Assembly: GCF_009834535.1 (NCBI RefSeq)
Contig: NC_045699.1
Coordinates: 64,666,001-64,730,000, forward strand
Source: Camelus ferus
Lineage: Eukaryota
Reading direction: 5' to 3'
Length of the DNA stretch: 64,000 nucleotides
Shown: one piece after another, positions 24,721 to 36,684 of the stretch
Numbering within the stretch: position 1 is the first letter of the stretch
Layout of the letters: each line of letters opens with the position of its first letter
Translations under genes and position numbers: made by a program
Notes under the pieces: model-generated
Told to the model about the DNA's origin: nothing
What the model saw: the letters and a program-made list of their open reading frames with translations, nothing else
Database searches by the model: none

Positions 24721-27170
24721 AACAGTCCCTATACTTCCTCACACCTGGATTTTTGCTGGGATTTATTTTTTCTTTCACTTTCACAGCCTGCCAAAACCCT
24801 ACTCATCCTCTGAGCCTAATGCAAATGCTACCTCCTTCATGAAGTTTTTTCCTGATGCCCAGAATCAGCATATAGTCTCCCTGCTCTGTACTTTCAGTTT
24901 TGTCATGGATAATCAAACTGAAGATGATTAAAAAAAAAAAAACTGGATCAGAAATCCGACAAACTTGAAAATGAACCCTGGCTCCACCACACACACACAC
25001 TCATTCATTGACCTTAACCCAGTTAAAGTTTGTTAATGATTGAGTCACACTTTTTTCATAAGAAAATCTGAAGCACAGGAAATCTCACAAGTAAAATGGG
25101 GGTGGGGAAGAGGGATGATAACTGAGATTAGTCAATTTGTTGTAAAATAATGTGAAAAATAATCTGGTACAGTAACTGGCACTCAATAAATGGTAGCTAT
25201 TATTAACCAGACATTATTAGCTTGCTTATTGAATTCTATATTATAATTATGATATATTTGTGTAGAGAGAGCATGACTGAACAGAGAACAAAGTCCTAAT
25301 TCAGTTCTGAATTTGAATATGAGGTATTATAAAGTAAGCCACCTAGATATAGGGAATTAATTAAAATTAAGCTAATACTACTAATAATACAAATAGTGGG
25401 AACTTGTTCAATTTACTTGATTTCTGAGTCAGCCTGTAAAGAGGTGAAGTAAGAGTGCACAGGTGAAAGCTACCTAACAGTGCCTGGCAATAGAAGGCAC
25501 TTAATCCACATAAGCTCGCCCTCCCCGTCTCTGTGCCCTCTGCAGTGCTTGGCAGACACGGGGAGCACAACACGTGTCCACGACCACAACACAGCTCTGT
25601 TCCTGGAAGCGGTGCTTGCCTCTGTTTTATACGAAAGAAGGACACAATCGTTCTGCACTCCTTGAGTTCCACCACATGGGAAGAATCAAGTGCTCATCCT
25701 GGGACTTTACAGAGAAAATAAAGAGCATGCACACACAGCTCTACATTTAAAAACCCAAACAAAGTGTAGAGTACATTAGCTTTTAAAAACCTTGAAAACA
25801 CAGTGACTTGCTCCAGTTAAGCAAATGTCTACTGGAGCGCTTTTCAAAAGTCTGTGTGGCCTTGAAAGCAAACAGCAGAAGATGTATTTATAACTTCACT
25901 GAAAATTAAAACTCCACTTAGAAATAGTAAAAATAGCAAATTTTATATGTATCTTACCACAATGAAAAAAGTTTTTAAAAGGGTATAAGCACATCTCAAC
26001 ATGCCACTTAAATATGGAATGTATGACTATTCATCTTGTACAGGGACTGGAAGACACAGAGCTACATTACTGGATGATATTGCTAATTACCATGAACCCC
26101 CAAATTTGACAGTATCTTTTTTAAATTCATCATATTCAAGAAAAAGTGAGTTACTGCCAAGAAACTTCAAGTTGACAAATTTACGACTAGATACAGTGTA
26201 TATATTACCTATAACAGCTAACAAAGTCAAGGAAATACATTATCCAGATAAAAACTGATACTATCTTTTATCTGAAGATGGAAAGGTTACATTATCTTTC
26301 AGTTAAATCAATTTATCAATACTTTCTCACTATTCCTTATCTACTTATCACACTGATTTAGAATTAAATGCTGGAGAAAAAATTCTGCAACGTCTACCCT
26401 CAATTTACCAGTTGTAGCCATAGTAATACTCTTAATCCTATTAACACAATACAGTCAAATGAGCTTCATCTTTTAAAGTATATGATACACTTATTCCAAT
26501 CATAGTGACTATGCTCAAAACAGTAACTCTAAGTTTAACATGGCATAAAAAGTTTCCTAGTTATCATACAGCTTCATCTCACTAATGCCTTACTATTGTT
26601 ACAGCACTGAGAATACTCTGCTATAACTGTTGAAGAGTCTGGCTCCCATTAGGCCTTCATTCTACAAATAAATATCCAATGAGCATTTACTTTGCAAGAT
26701 ACTGTGCTGGATCCTGGGAATTAACATGGCAGATACAGTCAAAAATACCTTTAGAGAACAGTTTCCTGCACTCTTTCTCCTACACCAGGATTTTTAAATA
26801 CCAGACAAAAATGGCATTTTATGATTTCTTCCAAGACCAAAACCACTACTACTTATTTCCAAATTTAGGAGGCTGAATCAACACATGAAAAAGATGACTT
26901 CCAAAAGAAAGATTTTTAAAAGGGTTTGGTGCACCCTCAAAAGACATCCTGAACAGGTCTTCCTTCTTTTTCTGATCTAATCATTATTCTTTTCTTGCTT
27001 TCCTTTCAAATTTAACTCAGAAAAATTCCATAAACTTTACTTCCTTGTTTACAGTCATACAAATGAGAAAACCCAAAGAACACCACATAGCAAATGTAAC
27101 CCAGTGGGACAGGATCCTGGGCTTTTCTGGGCACTACAGGAAAGTGCCACAAAGGTCAGGCCACACTCAC

Positions 27171-27391
27171 TTGGAATAGGAGTCTGNNNNNNNNNNNNNN
27201 NNNNNNNNNNNNNNNNNNNNNNNNNNNNNNNNNNNNNNNNNNNNNNNNNNNNNNNNNNNNNNNNNNNNNNNNNNNNNNNNNNNNNNNNNNNNNNNNNNNN
27301 NNNNNNNNNNNNNNNNNNNNNNNNNNNNNNNNNNNNNNNNNNNNNNNNNNNNNNNNNNNNNNNNNNNNNNNNNNNNNNNNNNAATAGATCT
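27171..27391 (-). CDS. STRBP: STRBP coding exon (exon 4 equivalent), interior hidden in N-run 27187-27382
   Basis: After gacAG reads AGA TCT ATT (R-S-I of MRSIRSF...). Across the Ns it ends GAC TCC TAT TCC AA|GTgagt, and AA+G joins the next exon as Lys. The 221-nt span keeps frame across the Ns. Confidence 0.9.
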
Positions 27392-29326
27392 CTGTCATAA
27401 TGCAAAAGAAAACAATTACTTCAATAAAAGAAATGTTACTTGAAAAGGATTAAGTAACAGCATTAATTGTCAAACTGCTGTGAAACAGTTAACACTGAGA
27501 CAATTAAAAAAATTGCTTAGGAAAGGAAGTAAAACCCAATCCTACAGAATTCCACACCAGAAAGTTAGAGATCTTTCATTCATGCTTTGAGAAAGTTCAC
27601 CCAAGTTACACTCAGTATTACCTTTATGTGTCTATGTCACCTTTCAGCTTAATCTGTGTGTTTTCAATACCACTTCAAAACTGTCATCCATATCACACAT
27701 CATCTGTGAGAACAGGTACTTCCTAGATTTGACAGAGTATCTAGAAATGCATAAGGGTGACTCATGATACCCAGTCACTCCTTTCCAAACTGCTGGAGAC
27801 TTTTGTACCTTGAAAAACTGAGATTTTGTAACATAGTAATAACACAAAATACAAAGTTATGTGTGAACACAATAGCAAAATTAAGGATCACATTAGAGTA
27901 TCGTTTACTACTTGGCATTCAAACCTTAGGTATGCGGCTTTAATTCCAGACTGGGGAAAATACATACTGTAATAAAAGAATTAGTTTCCCAAACTAATTT
28001 ACAAATGTATTCACATTCTCAATCAAAATCCCCTTAAGACAGACTCACTTAAAACTCACTGAATAAAAATAATTTTAAAGCTCATGGTGGGGATTGGGGA
28101 ATCAACAGGAGTATCAAGAACTATTCTACAAAGATGGATGGGTGGTACCATTATGCTAAAACAAAATATCAAAAATTTAAAAAGCAATAATTAAAACGAC
28201 ATGCTATCCCAGAAATCAGTGGAGCAGATTAAAGCCTAGAAATAGAATGAATTTCATGAAAATTTAATATAGTAGATCTTTCACACTCATGAGTCACACA
28301 TCTAAAAACCTTTTGAGTATTTCCAAGTTTACAAATACCATGAAGACATGTGTACCAGCACACAACAAAATGAACAGTAATAACTTGGTGAGTTTCCATA
28401 AAGCCAGAAGTATTTCATGTAAAGGGTGGCTACATGTCACATGTTACATAAAATTATGTGCTAATAGGTGGTAAATATTTTGTTTTAAAGTCTTCACTGC
28501 AAAATAAAATATCCCCAATTCTTCATCAGTCTTGTCTGTTTTTTATTTGAATATGGTTTAAAAACCAGATTAATTTGAACACTTGTAAATTAATAGTATA
28601 GTATCATTGTCCCTTACAAAATGAAGCAAGCTATAGGTAAAAAGGTAAGTAATCCTTTGAAACCTCAATTGTTATATAATAAAAAGGACTAAAATCAATC
28701 ACAAAGCTTTCTTTCCTAGATAAAAGCCATTTCTGTCTAGATTTCTTTCTTGCTCAAAGTCCATGACCAATTTTCCAACTGGAGGTTTTTTTTGTTTGTT
28801 TGTTTTGTTTTTTTTTTTTTTTTTTTGCGGAATCTTCTGCTACAAAGAGACAAACTTCTTAATAACTTCATGAGATTTGCCATATATCCCAAAATAAGTA
28901 ACAAGAAAACAAAAGTTGCATGTAACAAACTGGAGATGCTAGGTTCTTCTAGGGATTAACTTAGTTAACTTGCTCTTTAAAGAAGAAATTTTACTAATAT
29001 TTTAGTTCTGGGTGATGGGGAAAACATGTTAACTTTGAATTTCTCTGCCATTTAGTTTTATGGTGAGTTACTAAGTTACTCAGTCAGCTAAATTACGCAG
29101 TCCTGCTCACTGTCCTCACCTTAGGAAAATTACATGCTGCTACTAACACAAACTTTTGGTGTTTCTCTCACAAATAACACAAGACTGCCAGTGTTAACTC
29201 CAAGAGTCTACTGTGAGTGATAGGACNNNNNNNNNNNNNNNNNNNNNNNNNNNNNNNNNNNNNNNNNNNNNNNNNNNNNNNNNNNNNNNNNNNNNNNNNN
29301 NNNNNNNNNNNNNNNNNNNNNNNNNN

Positions 29327-29480
29327 CATTCATTCTCTCTTTCTGGCATCCTCTGCCACAGTTGGAAACTGTGTATCTAGGTCAGAAAAGACAAGCAGCT
29401 TTTCAGAACAGCTCAATATCTTTGGCACAAGTGTTGATATTATAATTCAACCCTTTCACAAACTCCTTTTAAGATACAAC
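29327..29480 (-). other. STRBP: Candidate STRBP 5'-UTR exon ending in the initiator ATG (exon 3 equivalent); donor lost in N-run 29227-29326
   Basis: Branch-like tactaat and acceptor tttacaacAG at 29481. The sequence ends ...GAATGAATG at the gap edge. The next exon starts in phase 0 at Arg2, so an upstream exon must end in ATG. Donor not visible. Confidence 0.5.
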
Positions 29481-29904
29481 CTGTTGTAAATCACAAGATT
29501 AGTACTGTACAGACAGTAGAGTAGTCTGATATTTATGAAAAAATACTTAAATACTAGATTTACAAAACTGATGAAAAATATGAGACAGGCAACACAATGT
29601 AATCAATGTGAGAGCAATGGATTTAGGGTCAGAAGATTTGCCTTTTAATTCCAGCTCTGCTACACTGAGCTGGCCAATTCTGAGCAAATTTCAACCTCTC
29701 TGAGCCTCAACTCCTTCATTTATAAAATAAAAGAGCTAGACTACACCTAGATTACCTTTAAGGTACCATCTGTTTAAACATGATTTTATGATAAATCAGA
29801 AATCTACAAGGACATTTTATATGACACAGCTTAAACATATTCCTTTAAAATATCTGTTTTCACAATGTAATCATATTTTAGATATTGCAGATAAAACTAA
29901 AAAC

Positions 29905-30235
29905 CAGATAATTGGGGAAATCTGAATGCTGACTATCTGGTAACATTATGGAATTCTTTTTGGAGGGTGATAACTGTATTGTGTGGGTTTCTTTTTGGGG
30001 AAGGTGGAAGATATATACTATATAGAGATTAGGGTATATCCAAAAGTATTTACAGATAAAATTAAATGAATCTGGGATCCTCTAAAATAATCTAGTTGAG
30101 AGGATGAGGGATAGTGAAGTAAGACTGGCTATGTTAAATTAACAATTACTGAAAATTGATGATGGGGATTCTCTATGGTTCACAGGGGTTCTCTTCACTT
30201 GTATGTATGAACATTTCCATAAGAAGGTTTTTTAA
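29905..30235 (+). mobile_element. L1MC-type 3' UTR relic
   Basis: attggggaaatctgaatg...aagtatttacagataaaat...aacatttccataag. Confidence 0.55.
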
Positions 30236-31384
30236 ACCAGAACAAATTTATCAAGAATCTAAACAACCAACTTTCAATTTCCTGGAGCAAAATTAGATTT
30301 TCATATGTCATATTTTCTTCAGGCACAACATGTCTGCTTTAGAGAATCCATTATATCTCTGCATAAACCAAAGCAGGTGAAATTATATAAGGGTAAAACC
30401 ATTTTGGGGAAGCAATTCAGTAATAACTGATAGTCAAAGATACAGATATTCTACAAGCAATAATACTATTTCTGGTTACATTATCTAGACAGACTCCAAC
30501 ACATAAAAACAATAAGACAGGTAACACCAATATTCACTGCAGAACTGTTTATAACTACAAAACACTAGAAATCTAAAGGTTCATCAACAAGAGACACACT
30601 TTTTTCAGTATAAAAATGTTCAACGTAATGACAAAGTCAAATGTGAAAAGAAGGAATAGAACAGGATCAGGGAGGGACACACACAGGGCATCTCTGAGCT
30701 ACTATTTCTTAGATAATCCAAAGCAATTTGGCAAAACATTAACATGTAAAAAAAAAAAAGCTGTATGTGGGAGAATACACTTTATTATTATATTCTATGT
30801 TGTCCATGTGCCTGAAACTATTTATAATTTCAAAGCATTTTTAAAATTATGTCCACACATGTACAGTATTCAGAAACAAAAGGAACTGTGGTCCTCTTAA
30901 ACAGAAAACTACTTTAACTTTGGTTTTAGCCTTTGGGGATTAGCAACTTTTTCAATTTAAATTAAATACTGACATTGGATAGAAGATCCAAGAAACTTCC
31001 TCTATCAAGAAAGAGCATAAGGGTGTTTTGGGTTTGTTTTTTTTTTTTTTTTCTTTTAAGTAGAATGAGACATATTCCTACATAGAATTTATCCAGGGGA
31101 AAAACCAAAGACTTCCAAAGTATCAGAGAATGTAGGCTAAAGTCATTGTCACTGTTAGAAAGGTCCCAAAGCACTAAAGGAGGTAATACTGTTCAGAAAC
31201 ATTTTAGTTTTAAATAAAAAGTCAAGTAATACTTTTGTTAGGGATTCTATGGAAAGCCAAAGATGTTTCCCAAGTTTCTCTAACCTGATAGAACTCAACC
31301 TGCAAGTTCTGTCTTCCCTGCAGATTTTGTCTTAAAGGTTTTGTTACAAGAGGTCTAGATTTGATTACAGGCTTTACTCTAGAC

Positions 31385-31560
31385 AGAAGTCAGAAACATT
31401 TTCATTAAACAGCCAAACAGTAAATTTTGTAGCCTTGCCAGGCCTAATGTCTCTGTGGCAACCACTGAACTTTGCACTGTAGGGTGAAAGCAACCAGACA
31501 GTATGTAAATGAATGGGTGTGGATGTGCTTTGACAAAACTTTACTGACATGGCCTGCAGT
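31385..31560 (+). mobile_element. MER58A-like hAT-Charlie MITE
   Basis: tctctgtggcaaccactgaactttgcactgtagggtgaaagcaaccagacagtatgtaaatgaatgggtgtggatgtgc closely follows the MER58A consensus. Confidence 0.8.
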
Positions 31561-31784
31561 ATCTGCTTTATCTCATGTTCTTTCTAGTGTTTCACCCAGA
31601 TGCCTGGGATGTCCACCAGGTCTCTTAAACCCCTCAGCTGTACAACCTCTAGTAACTGTTCCATCCTCAACCTTAAGGCACCCTTCTAGCCTTTACTCAC
31701 TCATAGATGGCCCAACCCTTTGTCAAGAATTCACAAGGGATCCTCACACAAACATTTGAGAGCCCCTCCTACACAACTTCCTCT

Positions 31785-32060
31785 TCTCTAGGGTCCTGCC
31801 CTGAAGATTCCAGCCACTTTAGCTGTCCCAAATTCTGAGCTCAGCACAGTTAGGCCACCATGGAAACTTCTCAGGCAGAGAGCAGGGGCAATCATGGGGC
31901 TCATTTCATGAATTTCAAGATCACAGGCCTGCTGCCCAAAGGCTGAAAGAGTTGCCTCATATATTTTGTCCATTTTGGGGTTTTTGTTTTGTTCTGTTTT
32001 TTTACGGCAAGAAGGCTAGTTCAGAACCAGTTACTCCAACACAGACAGAAGTGGAAGTTG
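31785..32060 (-). mobile_element. Ancient L1M 5' end relic
   Basis: tcatatattttgtcc...ccagttactccaacacagacagaagtggaagt is the reversed L1M/L1ME 5' terminus. Confidence 0.5.
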
Positions 32061-33339
32061 TAGTGAATAAACATTCTAGTTTCTACTATCTATCAAGTCC
32101 TTTGCTAGGACATAACTAAATCTGGAGTGTAATCCAAAGGACATTAGGGTGAGAATAACTAGCCATTCATTCATTCATTCATTCATGCACTCATCCATCC
32201 AGTACATACCTACTAATAATCTTAATGTATCAGGAGAGTGCAGACTTTATATCTTGGAGCCTCAGTATTAGCCCAGCTTGAATTGAAGTAGGACTATAAC
32301 CTGCCCTGCCAATCACACAGGCTTTAGGTAAGGATTAAAGTTGAGAAAATGAACATAAAAGCAACTGATAAAGCACTACATGAATGTAAGTTATTTTTGT
32401 GATGGCAACAATCATATCCTTATTAATAAAGCACAAGTTCTCCCAACAGCAGAAACAACATGTAAAAGGATGGCTGTGAAAGAGCATGGTGGGTGTGGGT
32501 GTGTGTGTGGGTGTGGGTGTATGGGGGCACAGGATGGGTGCTTGCGCACGCATTCTCTGGAGTGGAAGGGATTCCAGAATTCAGATCTGCTAGGAATCAG
32601 AGTGCATATAAAGACGTGACGGGAGTGTGGGCATCTGCCATACAATGCTGTTGATAAGCACCAGTAGCAGAAGAGCATTTAAGTGAAAGCACTTTTTTGA
32701 AATTTAAAATCCAGATATAGAAAATAAAATTTTTGAAAATGTTTTATTATAGAATGCTTTAATACAAATTTCTTTAGGTTAAGTTTTATTCCAACTATTT
32801 TCAAATTCAAGAATAGAAATGATTTCTAATATAAATAATACGTTCGTGTGACATCCTTTTACTATTTGTCTAAATGGATCTCAAAAATCATAATCATTTT
32901 CTCATCAACAGTCATACAAAAAAAGAAAGAAAGAAAGAAAAGAAAAGCAATATATAAGAAGGTCCAGAGAAAGGGTAAATCATTCAAGACATACAGGCTG
33001 GTGAGGAAAAAGTCTTGCTAGTGGACCAGTGATTCCTACTCAAGTACGTGAGTTTAAAAGCACAAATGTGAATCCAGCTTTTAACAAAGGCTTATTTTCT
33101 TTTGGGGGCTGGGAATGAGCAATGAGTAGTTACACACATCAGTATATAATAAAATGCTTCTCATTCTGCTTTCATTTTCCTAAACTATCTTTATTATCTT
33201 CCTTCTCTGTTGTTCTACCACTGCAATCTCAGGCCTTAAAAACATGTCACCCAGATTACTAACAGATACTGGCATATAAAATGAGAAAAAGAAAATAAAA
33301 TGATTCCTTAAAGACACCAGTGTTGACTACAAAATAAAA

Positions 33340-34260
33340 TATATTTAAGTATATTAAAATCTAGAACTTCTGGTCATCAAAAAACACTCTAAAGAAAGTT
33401 GAAACGACAAGCTACAAATTGAAAAGACTTCTGGAATACATACAGCCAACAAAAATATAAAAAGATGACTTAAAAGCCAAAAGAAAAGGACAGACAATCC
33501 ACAAAAAGGAAGGTAAAAAAAAAAAAAAAAAAAAAACAGAAAAAAGTCATAAGTAAACATTTTATGGGGGAAAAAAACCACCACAAGATCAATAAAAATG
33601 AACACCACTTTACACCCCATCAGCTAAAAAAATTAATACCAAGTGTTGGAAAGGATATGGATCCATAGGGTCTTTTACAGATTGATGGTAGGAAGAAAAT
33701 GCTTGGCAGAATTTCCACAAATTGAATAATCCCATACTCTGTCACTCGGGGATTTTACTCCTAAGTATAGACAATGAGAAACTCACACACGTTCAAGAGA
33801 CAAGACACGAACATTAGGCATGCTCATAGTGAAACTGTTCAAAATAGCAAAAACCTGGAAAACATGCAAAATGACCATTCACAGGAGAATAAATGATGGT
33901 ACATTAATGCAATGGATTATTATTCAGCAAAGTGAAGGAACTATAGTGTCATGCAACAATATGGATAAATCTTAGGAATACAATGTTAGGTTAAAATACT
34001 ATGCCCCAAATAATTACATATAGAATATCTTTATTGAAAAATTAAAACAAAATTAAAAGATATACTAAGAATCTATGAAGATATGATAAAGCTATATACA
34101 AACCAGAAAGCAAGGGAATGATGAATATAGAAGGCATGGGGACAAGGATTGTTGGGGGAACCTATAAAGTCAGATGCAGGTTATTAAGGACTAGCTTCCG
34201 TTCTGGTAATGGGTTCACAGGGGCTTATTAATTTTTTAAAATAAAATAAAAATAGACTAT
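33340..34260 (+). mobile_element. L1ME-type ORF2 end and 3'UTR relic
   Basis: aataccaagtgttggaaaggatatgg...aaaatagcaaaaacctggaaaac...aacaatatggataaatcttagg. Confidence 0.65.
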
Positions 34261-36274
34261 ACTTGGGCTAATGAAAACATATAATAAACAAGGATTATGT
34301 CTAATCCATTATCTAATTCTGTGCACATTATCTAATTTTTTAGGAAAGTTTAGCCTTTGTTAAATTTTTTACTAAACTGAGTTTTGGTCTTCCTGATTAG
34401 GGTATAATTTTTTATTTAAGTCAAATCCATTCAACTGTAAACAGTTATTAAATTATTCTCCTAATGTGTGGATAACAAAAATATGAATTTCTGACACAGT
34501 ATCCTAATTTATTACATCTGTTATTATTTCTAAGTCACAAACTATGACTCACATACATGGTATATTCAATACAACAGTATTCATGAAACTGCAATTTAGT
34601 AAGTCCTCTTAGCTTGCTACATACCAGAAAAGGACTAAAAATTTCCATGATCCATAGAAAATACCTTGCTTTTTACCTAATAAAACTGAAAAATGAAAAA
34701 AAAAACTTGCTTTTTACAGGATGACTTGTTTCTCATCTAACCCTTAAAATATAGACACCAACTCAAAAGTCTTCTTATTCATAAACGACACTTTCAAGTC
34801 AATGTCAGTATTTTTCCTCATCCTTCTATACAAAAAAAGAACAAGTAAAATGCAAAAGAAGCTTCCTTAATGAAGATTTTATGTTATTTGAAAATTTTAA
34901 ATTAAGGTTTTCATAACTCAACCACTTAATAAACAAACGCATATGTATATATTTAATATTTCAAGAAAAAATAAAATAATAAAAACAATTTGTTCCACTT
35001 AATTTCTGCATTTTTAAATTTCCAATTAATATGGTATTTACAGAACTATATATTCACCTACCTCTAACAGAGGTTCAAGAGGAAGACAATATACAAACAA
35101 CTGATAAAAGCTCATGAAGAATCAGCTTCAATGTAAAAAGCATCCCCCTTGTCTGAATTTCCAGTGAGAAACAAACTTCAAACTTTTAAAATGATGTATA
35201 TTATTATTAGCTGAAAAGTTTTAAATTGTCCAACAATCTGAGTAATACTAAGCCAAGAGAGAGAGAAAGGCAGAAGCAGACAGACAGAGACACACAAAAG
35301 GCAAAGACCAAGCAACATGAGTAACAATGTGAAAAATGGATTCAGTTATTTTGTGAAGTGTTATTACTCTCTCGTCAAACACTCCCAGATCTCCTAGGTT
35401 TTTCCAAGATTGAGTCCTCAACATCACTATCAAAGATATTACTCTCAAATAAGCAGGACAAGAACATTAAAGGCAATACAGAAATAGGAATATTTCCTAC
35501 CTGCATTACCATTAGGCAAATAAGACCAATTAGCAAATAAACCTGCATCTTAATGCACATTCCCCTACAAAATTACACAGTAATTCTTATAAAACATTTA
35601 CACAAAGTATATTCAACAGTATAGATAACCTTCTGTGGGTCAGTTCATCATCTGACAGTTCAAAAAAGACTCATAAATAACTGATCACACAACTATTAAG
35701 TAAATGGCAGCAATTAAATGCAAACTCCGGTCTGCTGACTGACTTCTATTCACAGGAAACTAAAGAAAAAGAAATAGAATGTAAGTCAGGAGACCAGGGC
35801 TGTAATGTTGAAATGGCCCCTAAAGCCATAAAGGCCTTTCCCCTGGTTCTGTGGATTTGGCTTCCTGAAAAATAAAACCTCTTGCCCTATATGCCTCACT
35901 AGGCTACCGTGAGGGTGAGGATCAACTAACAGTTGCGAAGTACTCTGAAAAGCAGAGTGTACATAAACAAGGGAGATTACTCTTCCAACCTACAGAGAGA
36001 TCTGAACTCAAGGGACAGCAATACAATACTATGAACTTGTGACTGGTGGTTTTTTTTTTTCAGTCTGCAACAAATTCTGCAACTCAAGAAGAATCCTGAC
36101 TAAATCACAATTATTCAGTGCGTGATTCATAAATGGAAAAATACAACTACTAGGTTCATTTATTAAAACCTGATAGTTTACCAAGACAGGAGAACAGAAT
36201 AGACTGACTTCTCTCTGCATGAAAGGGCCCCCCACCAATCCCTCTCATGGTAACAATGATGCCACAGTAACAAC

Positions 36275-36495
36275 AGCCAGTGCTGGCTGTATGCCAAGCA
36301 CCTGGCTCAGCAATTTACACACATTACTTCACTTAATCCTCAAAAACCTTCTGTGGGAGACGTGATTACATCAATTTTACAGAGGAAACAACAGTCCAAA
36401 GGAGTGAAATAACTTATCTGTGATCAAGCAGCTAGTCAGTGGCAAAGCCAGGTCGAACCAGACCACCTGTTTACAGAGCTAGAGCTCTTTGTGAC
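36275..36495 (-). mobile_element. MIR
   Basis: tgtatgccaagcacctgg...ttaatcctca...ttttacagaggaaac...gctagtcagtggcaaagccagg. Confidence 0.7.
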
Positions 36496-36607
36496 TCACT
36501 ATGCTATAAAGCATCTGCCAAAGAAAGCCCACCCATCTCAAATGCTACCTCTCCAGAAAGGCTTCCTTCACCCCAAAGTGGAAAACTAGTTCTCCCTTAC
36601 ATGCTTA

Positions 36608-36626
36608 TATACACACATACATGTAT

Positions 36627-36676
<50 letters not shown>

Positions 36677-36684
36677 GTATATAT
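36608..36684. repeat. Long (CA)n / (TA) microsatellite
   Basis: Directly visible, more than 20 uninterrupted CA units. Confidence 0.95.
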
